Source: Candidatus Jordarchaeales archaeon
GTDB lineage: Archaea > Asgardarchaeota > Jordiarchaeia > Jordiarchaeales > Freyrarchaeaceae
Assembly: GCA_038858525.1 (NCBI GenBank)
Contig: JAWCFL010000011.1
Coordinates: 30,001 to 62,000, forward strand
Length of the DNA: 32,000 nucleotides
Direction of reading: 5' to 3'
Shown: positions 1 to 9,728 of the stretch, piece by piece
How positions within the stretch are numbered: the stretch's first letter is position 1
How the letters are laid out: every line of letters begins with the position of its first letter
Notes under the pieces: generated by a model
Told to the model about the DNA's origin: nothing
The model's input: only the letters and a program-made list of their open reading frames with translations
Database searches by the model: none
Program-made: the position numbers and the translations under genes

Positions 1-1380
1 GGGTTTACCGAGATGCTAGACGGCAGAGTCAAGAGCCTGCACCCTCACGTTTACAGTGCTATTCTGGCTAGAAATAAAGAGGAAGATTTGAGGCAACTCA
101 GGAAGATGGGGATAGAGCCCATAGACATCGTAATTGTTAACCTTTACCCTTTCATGGAAGTGGCAGCAAAAAATGAGGAACTAGACTTACTCGTGGAGAA
201 CATTGATATTGGAGGAGTGAGCCTGGTCAGGGCCGCCGCGAAAAACTTCGAGAGAGTTACTGTTGTTGTTGACCCGGAGGACTACAATTTGATTCTTGAA
301 GAATTGAAGAAGTATGGAGGAGTGCGAGAGGAAACTAGGAGAAGACTTGCGGTAAAGGCGTTCGCGTATACTTCAGGGTATGACGATGCCATAACGCAGG
401 CGCTCTCCAGCAGGCTCCTAGGGAAGGGAGAAATGCCGGACATACTTACTTTAAGGTTCGCTAAAGTACAGGACTTAAGGTATGGAGAAAACCCGCATCA
501 GAAAGCTGCGCTCTACAAGGAAATCGCCTCAATTGTTAGTGGAGCAGTTGTCGACGCTGTGCAACTTCAAGGCAAGGAGCTCTCGTTTAACAACATTCTT
601 GACCTAAACGCAGCACTCGAGATTATAAGGGAGTTTTCAAAACCAATGGCGGTTGTAATTAAGCACACGAACCCGTGCGGAGCAGCAACAGGTGAAACGA
701 TACGTGATGCTTACGTGAGGGCTAGGGAAAGCGACCCTGTATCGGCATACGGTAGCATAGTGGGCTTAAACGGGAAAGTAGATCTTGATACGGCAAGGGA
801 GATTACTTCAACATTCGTCGAGGCGGTCATTGCACCCGGCTATACAGAAGACGCTTTAGAGGAGCTTAAAAAGAAGGAGAGCTTAAGGGTGCTTATGCTG
901 CCCACCATTAAAAGGCGGGAGGCAGGCATCGACTTCAGAAGGGTAGTCGGCGGGTTACTTGTCCAAAGTGAAGACTTGACTGAGGAAGACTTTCCAGATT
1001 TTAAAGTTGTTAGTGCCAGAGAGCCAACGGAGAGAGAAGTCCAATCGGCATTGTTCGGATGGAGGATAGTCAAACACGTGAAGTCGAACGCAATAGTGAT
1101 CGCCAATGGGGAGTGGGTTGTAGGAGTAGGAGCAGGACAGATGAGCAGGGTGGACTCAGCGAAGATCGCGCTAGAGAAAGCGGGAGGCAGAGCAAAGGGA
1201 GGAGTGCTTGCGTCAGACGGCTTCATTCCCTTCAGGGATACTGTTGACGCCGCCGCCGAGGCAGGGGTAACATGTATTATACAGCCTGGTGGTTCCAAAA
1301 GAGACGAAGAAGTTATAGAGGCGGCAAACGAGCACGGTATGGCCATGATCCATACAGGCATAAGGCACTTCAAGCACTAG
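1..1380 (+). CDS. purH: Bifunctional AICAR transformylase/IMP cyclohydrolase, 5'-truncated by the window edge
   Basis: Frame is open from base 1 (GFTEMLDGRVKSLHP). Motifs ENIDIGG, RAAAKN, LRYGENPHQKA, KHTNPCG, KHVKSNAI, GAGQMSRVDS, ASDGF, IQPGGS and TGIRHFKH are typical of PurH. Confidence 0.97.
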   Translation, partial: GFTEMLDGRVKSLHPHVYSAILARNKEEDLRQLRKMGIEPIDIVIVNLYPFMEVAAKNEELDLLVENIDIGGVSLVRAAAKNFERVTVVVDPEDYNLILEELKKYGGVREETRRRLAVKAFAYTSGYDDAITQALSSRLLGKGEMPDILTLRFAKVQDLRYGENPHQKAALYKEIASIVSGAVVDAVQLQGKELSFNNILDLNAALEIIREFSKPMAVVIKHTNPCGAATGETIRDAYVRARESDPVSAYGSIVGLNGKVDLDTAREITSTFVEAVIAPGYTEDALEELKKKESLRVLMLPTIKRREAGIDFRRVVGGLLVQSEDLTEEDFPDFKVVSAREPTEREVQSALFGWRIVKHVKSNAIVIANGEWVVGVGAGQMSRVDSAKIALEKAGGRAKGGVLASDGFIPFRDTVDAAAEAGVTCIIQPGGSKRDEEVIEAANEHGMAMIHTGIRHFKH

Positions 1381-1400
1381 GCGTACGAGGAAGGGAGAAT

Positions 1401-2576
1401 TTGCCTGCACCACTAGAAGGGATTACCGTCCTAGATTTAACTAGGCTTCTCCCTGGTCCCTTCTGCTCAATGATTTTAGGAGACTTGGGAGCAAATGTGA
1501 TAAAAATCGAGTCAGTACGGTTAGGCGACTGGACGAGGTGGGTTCCACCTTTTATCCAGAGTGAAAGCGCTATTTTTCTTTCCGTTAACAGAAACAAGAA
1601 AAGTGTAACTTTAAACCTGAGGAGCGAAGAAGGACTTGAAATATTCTATAGGATGGTTAGGAGGAGCGATGTGATCCTTGAGGGGTTTAGGCCGGGCGTG
1701 GCTAGAAGGCTTAGAATAGATTATGATACAGTGAGGAAAATTAACCCACGAATAGTATACTGCTCTATTTCGGGCTTCGGCCAGAACGGACCTTACGCTG
1801 AGAGAAGTGGACACGACGTCAATTATGTAGGAATAGGGGGAGTACTCGATTTAACGGGAGTGAGGGATGAGCCACCTGTTATTCCCGGAGTGCCGATAGC
1901 TGACTTGGCAGGCGGCATGGCTGGAGTAATCGGCGTGCTAGCAGCCCTCTTGGCTAGAGAAAAAACAGGTGTAGGCCAGTATGTTGACGTTTCAATGCTG
2001 GACATCGTAGTTTCTTGGCTTTCAATTTACGCTGGTATGCACCTAATTGGGGGAGTTACTGTTAGTAGAGGAAGTAACATATTAGCGGGGGGTATAGGTA
2101 GTTATGGTGTTTTCGAAACGAAAGATGGAAAGTACATTACGCTAGGGATACTGGAAGAGCACTTCTGGAGAAATTTCTGTAGAGCCGTAGAAAGACCTGA
2201 CCTTGAAAAGTACCCTTACCTTTCACTCGAAAGAAGAGACGAGCTACATGAAATTATTCAGGAGATAATTGTGAATAGGACGCTCAACGAGTGGCTTAGG
2301 ATTTTTGAAGAGAACGATGTGCCATGCGGCCCGGTCAATAGCCTACGTGAAGTATTTTCTGATCCACATGTTTTACATCGCGAAATGGTAACAGAAGTGG
2401 AACACGCAAAGGTGGGAAAAATTAAACAAGTCGGGTTTCCATTAAAGTTCTCTGAGAAGTGGCGCGTAATCAGGCAGCCCCCACCCATTCTGGGGGAGCA
2501 CACTGTGGAAGTCCTGAGAGAAATAGGGTACAACGACGAAGAAATAGAAAACTTTAGGAAGAAGGGGGTAATCTGA
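1401..2576 (+). CDS. CaiB/BaiF family III CoA-transferase
   Basis: VLDLTRLLPGPF, LGDLGANVIKIE, NRNKKS, YCSISGFGQNGP, GHDVNY and PPPILGEHT. Start moved from the ORF-track 1272 (overlaps purH) to TTG 1401, after GAGGAAGGGA. Confidence 0.93.
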   Translation: MPAPLEGITVLDLTRLLPGPFCSMILGDLGANVIKIESVRLGDWTRWVPPFIQSESAIFLSVNRNKKSVTLNLRSEEGLEIFYRMVRRSDVILEGFRPGVARRLRIDYDTVRKINPRIVYCSISGFGQNGPYAERSGHDVNYVGIGGVLDLTGVRDEPPVIPGVPIADLAGGMAGVIGVLAALLAREKTGVGQYVDVSMLDIVVSWLSIYAGMHLIGGVTVSRGSNILAGGIGSYGVFETKDGKYITLGILEEHFWRNFCRAVERPDLEKYPYLSLERRDELHEIIQEIIVNRTLNEWLRIFEENDVPCGPVNSLREVFSDPHVLHREMVTEVEHAKVGKIKQVGFPLKFSEKWRVIRQPPPILGEHTVEVLREIGYNDEEIENFRKKGVI

Positions 2577-2598
2577 AAGAATTTTAAGGTGATACATT

Positions 2599-3582
2599 GT
2601 GAGCGTTAAGTCTAGAGGGGTGCTTATTCCATCGGCTGTTGCAATGGTTTTAAAGAAGCAGAAGTACCAGCTTGTTGGGAGGCACTCCGCAGTTAAGCGC
2701 TGCCATTGGTTTTACAAGGCGTTGACGGGCAGGGGACACTGTTACAAGCAGGAGTGGTATAATATTAGGTCGCATAGGTGTCTTCAAATGACGCCTTGCG
2801 CTGTGTTCTGCACCAATCGCTGTCTTCCATGCTGGCGTTTGGAGCCGGGGGATTTGGGGTTTGAATGGGATCAAATGGCGATACTGAGGGAGGACGTAGA
2901 TGAGCCGGAGGAAATTGTTGAGGAATGCATTAGGGCGCAACGAAGAATACTCACTGGTTTTAACCCTGCACACCACCAATTAGTTAGTGAGGAGAAGTGG
3001 AGGGAGGCACTTGAGCCTAAGCATGCTGCTATAAGTTTAGCAGGCGAGCCTACTCTTTACTCTGAACTGGGAGGCCTTATAGAGGCCTTCCACAGAAGGG
3101 GGATGACTACGTTTCTTGTGACAAATGGAGTGGTTCCCGAGAGGCTTGAGGAGATAGAGGAGCCGACGCAGCTTTACCTTACACTTTACGCTCCATCTGA
3201 GGATGTCTATAAGCAGGTTTGTAGGCCTCTCCTAAAAGACGCTTGGAGCAGAGTTGTTGAAAGCCTAAGCTTACTGAGAAGTTTTAGTTGCCCGACGGTA
3301 GTGAGGCTTACTTTAGTTAAAGGGTTAAACTTTATGGAGCCAGAGAAGTACGCTGAGCTCATAAAGTTGGCTGAGCCCACTTATGTAGAGTGCAAAAGCT
3401 ACGTGTCGGTTGGAATGTCCCTTAGAAGAGGTTTAAACAATAGTAACATGGTGGGTGTTGGCGAATTAAGGTTATTTGCAGAAAAGATAGGAGAGGAGTT
3501 AGGGTATAACATTATAGGGGAGTCTGTTTCGAGTAGAGTTATCTTGTTGAGTAAGCTTAGCAAACCGATAAAAGTGGCTTAA
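2599..3582 (+). CDS. taw1: 4-demethylwyosine synthase (radical SAM, Tyw1/Taw1)
   Basis: YQLVGRHSAVKRCHW, SHRCLQMTP, radical-SAM motif CTNRCLPCWR, HAAISLAGEPTLY, TTFLVTNG and PTQLY. GTG start after GGTGA. Confidence 0.95.
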   Translation: MSVKSRGVLIPSAVAMVLKKQKYQLVGRHSAVKRCHWFYKALTGRGHCYKQEWYNIRSHRCLQMTPCAVFCTNRCLPCWRLEPGDLGFEWDQMAILREDVDEPEEIVEECIRAQRRILTGFNPAHHQLVSEEKWREALEPKHAAISLAGEPTLYSELGGLIEAFHRRGMTTFLVTNGVVPERLEEIEEPTQLYLTLYAPSEDVYKQVCRPLLKDAWSRVVESLSLLRSFSCPTVVRLTLVKGLNFMEPEKYAELIKLAEPTYVECKSYVSVGMSLRRGLNNSNMVGVGELRLFAEKIGEELGYNIIGESVSSRVILLSKLSKPIKVA

Positions 3583-3672
3583 ACACGATTTTTTAAAGCG
3601 CAGGGCACAACCTTTAAACGTTTTAGGCTTTTCGGTATGCTGAAGAGAAAAGGTGCTACTAGGTGGCTCTTC

Positions 3673-4314
3673 ATGCCCATTAGAGATATTATCCTTAAAA
3701 TAATAGAGGAGCTTGAGGAGAGGGATAAGGTTAGAGAGAAGGTTTTGTCTCTTTCAAGAGAGGTTGTGAGGCTTGCAGGCTTTGCGATAAGAGCGATGCA
3801 TAGAGGCGAACTGAGGGATGCTGAGGAAAAGTTGAGGATGGCAGAGGAGCGCTTAAGTGACGCGGTAGCGACTACGGCAAAGTATGACGAGTTCGCCTAC
3901 AAGGGCTTTATGACTACGGCATTCCAAGAATACGCTGAAGCTCGCTTACTTCACGCTTTTATCATGGGCAGAGAAATTCCATCTCCCCAGGAGTTAAACG
4001 TTCCCAGTATTCCATACTTGATGGCGCTGGGCGATTTCGTTGGCGAGCTACGACGTAACGTGTTAATATGCATGAGAGATGGAAGGTTCGAAGACGCTGA
4101 AAGAGCTCTGGATTTAATGGAAGAGGTATATGTAAACATGATGCTTGTCGACTACCCAGAAGTCTCCTCTCTGGGGTTTAGGCAAAAGTGCGACGTCGCC
4201 CGTAGCCTCCTAGAAAGGACGAGAGCCGAGGTACTCCTCGTATCGCAGGAGGCTAAGTTAGCGGAGGGTATAGAGAAGCTCTTGAAGAGATGGAAGGGAG
4301 AGAATGAGGTTTAA
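3673..4314 (+). CDS. Translin/TRAX (archaeal C3PO-like) family protein
   Basis: All-helical and about 213 aa, with REKVLSLSREVVR, QEYAEA, YLMALGDFVGELRR and FRQKCDVARSLLERT. ATG 3673 preferred over 3637. Confidence 0.88.
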   Translation: MPIRDIILKIIEELEERDKVREKVLSLSREVVRLAGFAIRAMHRGELRDAEEKLRMAEERLSDAVATTAKYDEFAYKGFMTTAFQEYAEARLLHAFIMGREIPSPQELNVPSIPYLMALGDFVGELRRNVLICMRDGRFEDAERALDLMEEVYVNMMLVDYPEVSSLGFRQKCDVARSLLERTRAEVLLVSQEAKLAEGIEKLLKRWKGENEV

Positions 4315-5869
4315 CATTAAAAAACTGCTGGAAAGAGCTGAGGAAGATTATGAAGCGGCTTGGGTTGAGTCGCGTGAGCTCCTCAAACTAGAGGGGAGAT
4401 ACTTCAGACTTAAGCCTCTTGGAAGAAGCAACGAAATAATGAATTTCATAGAAGAAGTGAGAAAAACGCTAGTAGAAATGGGCTTCGAGGAAGTGGTCTT
4501 GCCGGTGATCGTTGACGAGAGCGAGGTGCGTAAGGAATATGGCCCAGAGGCTACTATAATTCTGGATAGAGTGTTCTACCTGGCGGGGTTACCTAGACCC
4601 GATGTGGGGCTAAGCAAAGAGGATGCCGAGCGTATTAAGGAGCTGGTCCCATCGTTTAACGAATTCGAGAAGCTACGGGAGATTCTCAGAAAGTATAAAA
4701 AGAGAAAGATAGAAGCAGACGATTTAGTTGAAACAATGGTTAACGAATTGTCGTTGCAAGAAGAGGACGCGACGAGAATAATAGACACCGTTTTCCATGC
4801 GTTCAAGAACCTTACCCCTGTCCCGTCGCCTCTTACTCTTAGGTCACACATGACGGCACTATGGTTTCCGGTTCTTAGCGCGATTTACAAGTATAAGTGG
4901 AAAGAGTTACCAGTTCAACTTTTCACCGTTGGACAAAAATTTAGAAGAGAGCAGAAAATTGATCCAACACACCTTTACAGCTCGTACACTGCATCGTTCG
5001 TGATAATGACCGAAGAAATAAGTTTGGAGGATGGTAAGAGTATTGTTCAAGAATTTCTTGGGAGACTAGGGTTCTCGAAGGCGGAGTTTAGACTTAAGAA
5101 GGCGACTTCGAAGTATTATGCTCCCCAAACAGAGTTCGAGGTCTTCATACAGCATCCGGAAACTAGTGAGTGGATAGAAGTTGGAGACTGCGGTTTTTAC
5201 TCTCCCGTCAGCCTTGCAAAATATGACATAGACGTTCCCGTATTTAACGCAGGTTTCGGCATTGAAAGGTTTGTCATGATAAGAACTGGAGAAACTGATG
5301 TGCGGCGGCTAACGTACCCCTACTTCTACAGACGTGACATCTACTCCGACGAAGAAATAGCTGAGGGGATATGCTACGCGGAGAAGCCAGAGACAGAGCT
5401 TGGAGAGGAAATAATGAACTCGATAATTAGCGTAGCTGAGGAGCACATGCATGCTGACGCACCCTGCAAGTTCACCGCTTGGAAAGGTAAAATTGATAGA
5501 GGAGAACTAACCGTGACTGTTTTCGAGGAGGAAAAGGGAGTTAAACTACTCGGCCCGGCGGCACTAAATGTAATATGCATTCACGAAGGGAACATTTTAG
5601 GTCTTCCGCCATCCGAGGTGAGGGGAACCGTAACTAAGTTAAGGTACCTGGATGGTGTAGCAGCACTTTTCGCCAGAAAAGTCGAAAAAGAAATTTTAGA
5701 GGAAGGAAAGCGTGAGGTTAGTATGAAAGTGAGAATGGCGAAGAAGCCTTCGGATGTTAATATATACTTGAGTGAACAGGTTAGGCGCTACATTTCCTCA
5801 AAAAACAAGAGGATAGACATTAGAGGGCCTGTATTCATAAGCTTAGCGGCTTCACTAAATGACTCATAA
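4304..5869 (+). CDS. sepS: O-phosphoseryl-tRNA(Cys) synthetase
   Basis: KEYGPEATIILDRVFYLAGLPRPDVGLS, LTLRSHMT, KFRREQKIDPTHL, SKYYAPQTEFEV, WIEVGDCGFYSPVSL, FGIERF, KLLGPAALN and RIDIRGPVF. Overlaps the translin stop by 11 nt. Confidence 0.93.
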   Translation: MRFNIKKLLERAEEDYEAAWVESRELLKLEGRYFRLKPLGRSNEIMNFIEEVRKTLVEMGFEEVVLPVIVDESEVRKEYGPEATIILDRVFYLAGLPRPDVGLSKEDAERIKELVPSFNEFEKLREILRKYKKRKIEADDLVETMVNELSLQEEDATRIIDTVFHAFKNLTPVPSPLTLRSHMTALWFPVLSAIYKYKWKELPVQLFTVGQKFRREQKIDPTHLYSSYTASFVIMTEEISLEDGKSIVQEFLGRLGFSKAEFRLKKATSKYYAPQTEFEVFIQHPETSEWIEVGDCGFYSPVSLAKYDIDVPVFNAGFGIERFVMIRTGETDVRRLTYPYFYRRDIYSDEEIAEGICYAEKPETELGEEIMNSIISVAEEHMHADAPCKFTAWKGKIDRGELTVTVFEEEKGVKLLGPAALNVICIHEGNILGLPPSEVRGTVTKLRYLDGVAALFARKVEKEILEEGKREVSMKVRMAKKPSDVNIYLSEQVRRYISSKNKRIDIRGPVFISLAASLNDS

Positions 5870-5880
5870 GGTGACCAGTT

Positions 5881-6552
5881 TTGAATGAGGAATTATGGTT
5901 TACACTGTACGAGATAGCATTAGTAGGGGGATGCGAAGGAGGAATTGATATTTCGTCAACGCGTCTTGCAGACCGGCTTGGGGTTAGCCAGCAGACCGCC
6001 GCAAGAAGGCTCCAAGACTTAGAGAAAGAGGGACTCATAGTCAGAGAGATAACGGCTAAGGGGCAAAACATCAAGATAACTAAGGAGGGAGTAAGAAGGC
6101 TTTGGGAAGTTTATGTTGGACTTAAAAGAGTTTTTGAGGAGAAGCCTCAAACAATCAAGGTGAAGGGAGAAGTCTTCAGCGGCATGGGAGAAGGAAGATA
6201 CTATGTGTCCATTGACGGATATAGGAAGCGTTTTGAAGAAAAGTTGGGATTCACGCCTTACCCGGGAACATTAAACTTAAAGTTGAAGTCGTATCACGAT
6301 GTGCAAACGAGAAGACTTCTGGAAGCTTACCCGGGGATCATCATAGAGGAGTTCGAAGAAGGAGGACGTACCTTCGGCAGAGTGAAGTGTTTCAGGGCTC
6401 TAATCGAAGGTAAGATTGAAGGAAGCCTTTTGCTCATCAACAGGACACATTACGGAGATGATGTTGTAGAAATTATCTCCCCCGTATTCCTTAGGGAGGC
6501 GCTCAACTTGAAAGATGGAGAAAACGTAACAATATACGTAATCCTTGAGTAG
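5881..6552 (+). CDS. ribK: CTP-dependent riboflavin kinase with N-terminal winged-helix domain
   Basis: N-terminal HTH (LADRLGVSQQTAARRLQDLEKEGLI), then GEVFSGMGEGRYYV, GFTPYPGTLN, RTHY and EIISPVFLREAL. Confidence 0.95.
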   Translation: MNEELWFTLYEIALVGGCEGGIDISSTRLADRLGVSQQTAARRLQDLEKEGLIVREITAKGQNIKITKEGVRRLWEVYVGLKRVFEEKPQTIKVKGEVFSGMGEGRYYVSIDGYRKRFEEKLGFTPYPGTLNLKLKSYHDVQTRRLLEAYPGIIIEEFEEGGRTFGRVKCFRALIEGKIEGSLLLINRTHYGDDVVEIISPVFLREALNLKDGENVTIYVILE

Positions 6553-6569
6553 TTGCTGGAGGAAGGGCT

Positions 6570-7052
6570 ATGAGAAAGGTGATGGTCTTCGGAACATTTG
6601 ATATACTACACGCTGGCCACTTAAAATTCCTAGAAGAAGCGAAGAAGCTTGGAGGCAAGGATGCGAAGCTTATTGCAGTAATAGCGAGAGATTCTACCGT
6701 GCAAAAAGTAAGAGGGCGCCCTCCAATATTCAGCGAAGAAGATAGAAGGAAATTGATAGAGGGACTAAAGCCGGTTGACGAAGCTATTCTAGGATATGAA
6801 GGCGGCGACATGCTTAAAATAGTTGAGGAGAAGAAGCCTGACGTTATAGTGCTCGGATATGACCAAAGAAAAGACATGGATCAATTCATTGATGAGTTAA
6901 GAAGTAGAGGGATCAATGCTGAAGTCTATCGGCTCCCGAAGTACGGAGAATTGAACAGCTCAAGTATAATAGTCAAAAAAATAGTTGAAATGGCTAATAA
7001 GTGGGGGATTAGTGGGAGAGAGTTAGAGAGGCGGGAGCGGAGCGGCCGCTAG
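6570..7052 (+). CDS. ribL: FAD synthase (cytidylyltransferase family)
   Basis: VMVFGTFDILHAGHL, IARDSTV, KPDVIVLGYDQ and SSSII; directly downstream of ribK. Confidence 0.88.
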   Translation: MRKVMVFGTFDILHAGHLKFLEEAKKLGGKDAKLIAVIARDSTVQKVRGRPPIFSEEDRRKLIEGLKPVDEAILGYEGGDMLKIVEEKKPDVIVLGYDQRKDMDQFIDELRSRGINAEVYRLPKYGELNSSSIIVKKIVEMANKWGISGRELERRERSGR

Positions 7053-7814
7053 GAGGCGAAGCGCCTCTATCTCTTTAAAGTGAAGAGACCCAGTAACGAT
7101 TAAGATGTGAGGAGGAGACCCAAAATCGTAGTATAAAAGGTTGCGAGGGTAATCTGCTTTAACGGTTGGGTTCTCGGACCCCGCTCGCGCCACGCCAACC
7201 ATTAGGGTCTTTTCCAGGAGGGGGGATTGAGAGGATAACTTATGCTCTAGTTCTAGCAATATTGCTACTCCTTCGTTGACCGTCATGAAACGTTTTTCCT
7301 CAGCTCGGACGTCAAGGAAAACCAAGGTGTGTAATCCGCGCTCTATGTTCTCTCGAACAACTAGATATGGCGTCTCGGGAAAGTAATTCTCTTCCGGGAA
7401 GGGTATTGTTACAGATCTGCCAAACTTATAGTTTTCCAATCCGCAAATGCTTGGGGCAGCTGAATAAATGGATACGCCATGAATAACACGCGTTTTCACT
7501 CCAAGCTTTTCAGCTTCCAGCCTGAGCGCGACATGCGTCGTAGCCACCATAGGGTCTCCTGGAACAAGAATCGCCACACGCTTATCTCTTGCGCGAGAAA
7601 GTATTTCTTCCACATTCTCCTCAACATCTTTTCTGGTGAGAGCGCGGACATTCTTACCGATCAAGGCTTCTAAGTTATCCTTTGTTAAGCCTCCCATAAC
7701 GCTTGTGTAAGCTTCAAAGTATACTTCATCTGCAGAACGGGCGGCATTTAGCCCCTTAAGAGTTATGTCATCGATACCCCACAAGCCTAAGCCAATGAAG
7801 ATGAGTTCCCCCAA
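7023..7814 (-). CDS. dph5: Diphthine synthase
   Basis: LIFIGLGL, EAYTS, LVPGDPMVATTH, HGVSIYSA, YKFGRSVT, GLHTLVFLD and FGSPPHILIVTGSLHFKE. Confidence 0.96.
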   Translation of the reverse strand: MGELIFIGLGLWGIDDITLKGLNAARSADEVYFEAYTSVMGGLTKDNLEALIGKNVRALTRKDVEENVEEILSRARDKRVAILVPGDPMVATTHVALRLEAEKLGVKTRVIHGVSIYSAAPSICGLENYKFGRSVTIPFPEENYFPETPYLVVRENIERGLHTLVFLDVRAEEKRFMTVNEGVAILLELEHKLSSQSPLLEKTLMVGVARAGSENPTVKADYPRNLLYYDFGSPPHILIVTGSLHFKEIEALRLLAAAPLPPL

Positions 7815-7829
7815 AAGAAAACCTCCAAC

Positions 7830-8900
7830 TTAAAGCTCGCGTTTTATTTCGTTCGGCTTGAAAATGCCTTTCTCGGTAACCATGAAGGTGACGTATTTTG
7901 AGGGAGTTAAGTCGAATGAAGGGTTCCTGGCATTAACGTTCGGGTGTATTTTAATGTGAGTGATTGTTCCTAACTCTGGATTGTATCCTTTCACGTGCGT
8001 GATTTCCTCTGATGAGCGCTCCTCAACTTTTACAGATGAACTCGAAGAGGCGAAAGTTGTAGTAGGCGCTGCGACTATGAACGGAACACCATTCTCATAC
8101 GCCGTAACCGCGAGCATGTACGTTCCTATTTTGTTTACCACGTCTCCGTTTGGAAGTATTCTGTCTGCTCCAACTAAGACAGCGTCAACCTCCCTTCTCT
8201 GGAGATAATATCCTGCAGCTGAGTCAACTATAAGGCAGTGGGGTATTCCTTCTTGGGTTAGCTCCCAACTAGTAAGCCTACCCTGTAGCCAAGGGCGAGT
8301 TTCCGTCGCGTAAACAAAGATGTTTTTTCCCTGAGCGTGGGCAAATCGAACTATGCTTAGCGCGGTTCCGTAGTCTACTGTTCCAAGCGCGCCTGGGTTG
8401 CAATGAACCATGACCTTAGCATTTTTAGGTATTAGGCTACTTCCCAGCTCGCCTATCCTTCTGCAAGCTTCAAGGTTCTCTTGGGCTATTTTTCTCGCCT
8501 CACAAAGGGCTGCTTGAGCGACTTCATCGGAGGAGTTTAAATCTTCGCACATTCCTAAGACGCGGGTAACCATGTTTTGCATGTCTACAGCTGTAGGCCT
8601 CGTGGAAAGAAGGTGGGCGGCAACCTTGCTAAGAAAAGCTTTCAGCTCCTTTGAAGGGAGATGACGATTTTGAAGAGCTGCTTGAGCTAGCCCATAACAT
8701 GCGGCTACCCCTATGGCTGGCGCTCCTCTAACCTTCATCATCCTTATGGCCTCGGCGACTTCCTCCACGTTCTTTGCCCTATAAATTGAAAACTCGAACG
8801 GGAGCTTTGTCTGATCGATCATGCAAACAACGTCCTCCTCCATCCATACGGTTTGGTACTCCCTTACCTCACTACCGATTCTGACTTTCATAGCAACCAT
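7830..8900 (-). CDS. mtnA: Methylthioribose-1-phosphate isomerase (eIF2B-like family)
   Basis: DQTKLP, VRGAPAIG, TRPTAVD, HCNPGAL, YGTALS, ETRPWLQG, VGADRI, NKIGTY and NPSFDLTP. Confidence 0.9.
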   Translation of the reverse strand: MVAMKVRIGSEVREYQTVWMEEDVVCMIDQTKLPFEFSIYRAKNVEEVAEAIRMMKVRGAPAIGVAACYGLAQAALQNRHLPSKELKAFLSKVAAHLLSTRPTAVDMQNMVTRVLGMCEDLNSSDEVAQAALCEARKIAQENLEACRRIGELGSSLIPKNAKVMVHCNPGALGTVDYGTALSIVRFAHAQGKNIFVYATETRPWLQGRLTSWELTQEGIPHCLIVDSAAGYYLQRREVDAVLVGADRILPNGDVVNKIGTYMLAVTAYENGVPFIVAAPTTTFASSSSSVKVEERSSEEITHVKGYNPELGTITHIKIHPNVNARNPSFDLTPSKYVTFMVTEKGIFKPNEIKREL

Positions 8901-8991
8901 CTCGCAGGGGGGACGTTTTAGCAGATACTAAAAAATCCACGCTCTAATTTTTAACTCTACGACCACCCCCTAAAATGAAAGGGTAGGGAAG

Positions 8992-9549
8992 TCACTTTTT
9001 ATATGCAGAAATTAAATCGATCTTTGTAATGATTCCTACTATTTCTCCCTTGTCCACAACTAGAACAGCGGGGTTCCCGCATATTATTAAGTGACGGACT
9101 ACGTCTATACTGGTAGACGGGTTCACTGTGGGAAAGCTTTCCTCCATAAGGTCTCCAACAGTTTTATCAAAAACGTCCTTCCCCTCCGAGAGACGCTTCA
9201 TTATGGTGCCCTCACTTAGGCTACCAACCAAGCGCCCTTCATCCACAACTGGTAGTTGCGATATGCCTTTTTTCTCCATGAGACTAATAGCCTTCCTAAC
9301 TGGTTCCTTAGTAGATACAGATATGACCGGGGAGAACATTATGTCCTTGGCGCAGATTTTACTCCTGTCAAACTCGCCCAGCGCGTTAATTATCTTTCTA
9401 AGCGTTGAGAGACGTGGGTCTACCGAGCCAGATTCGATCCTAGCGATTAACGACTGGCTTACGCCAGCCATCCGTGCCAGTTCCTCCTGCGTAATACCTA
9501 GGCGCTTCCTCGCTTGTTTAAGATCTTCTGGTGAAGGAAGGTAGAACAT
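8992..9549 (-). CDS. XRE-family HTH plus tandem CBS domain transcriptional regulator
   Basis: LKQARKRLGITQEELARMAGVSQSLIARIESGSVDPRLST, followed by two CBS repeats. ATG 9549 lies after GGTGA; the ORF-track extension to 9618 is probably untranslated. Confidence 0.92.
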   Translation of the reverse strand: MFYLPSPEDLKQARKRLGITQEELARMAGVSQSLIARIESGSVDPRLSTLRKIINALGEFDRSKICAKDIMFSPVISVSTKEPVRKAISLMEKKGISQLPVVDEGRLVGSLSEGTIMKRLSEGKDVFDKTVGDLMEESFPTVNPSTSIDVVRHLIICGNPAVLVVDKGEIVGIITKIDLISAYKK

Positions 9550-9728
9550 CAACATCACCTTAAAGAAGAGAAAAAAGGTCCTTCTTGAAGCATTATCACT
9601 TATAATTGAGGAAAACATTACTTTTAATTTTTCTACGGGTCTGTTTGTTTTCTAAACTAGAAGGAAATTTATAGGGGCAAGTGGGTCGTTAAATGTGGAT
9701 GACGCAAAGTTCCTAGAAGGGTTATGCT

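Noticed and set aside
7023-7052. 30-nt convergent overlap of ribL and dph5 (similar overlaps at hypF, cdc6/DP1 and hef)
   Set aside because: Short tail-to-tail overlaps are routine in compact archaeal genomes.
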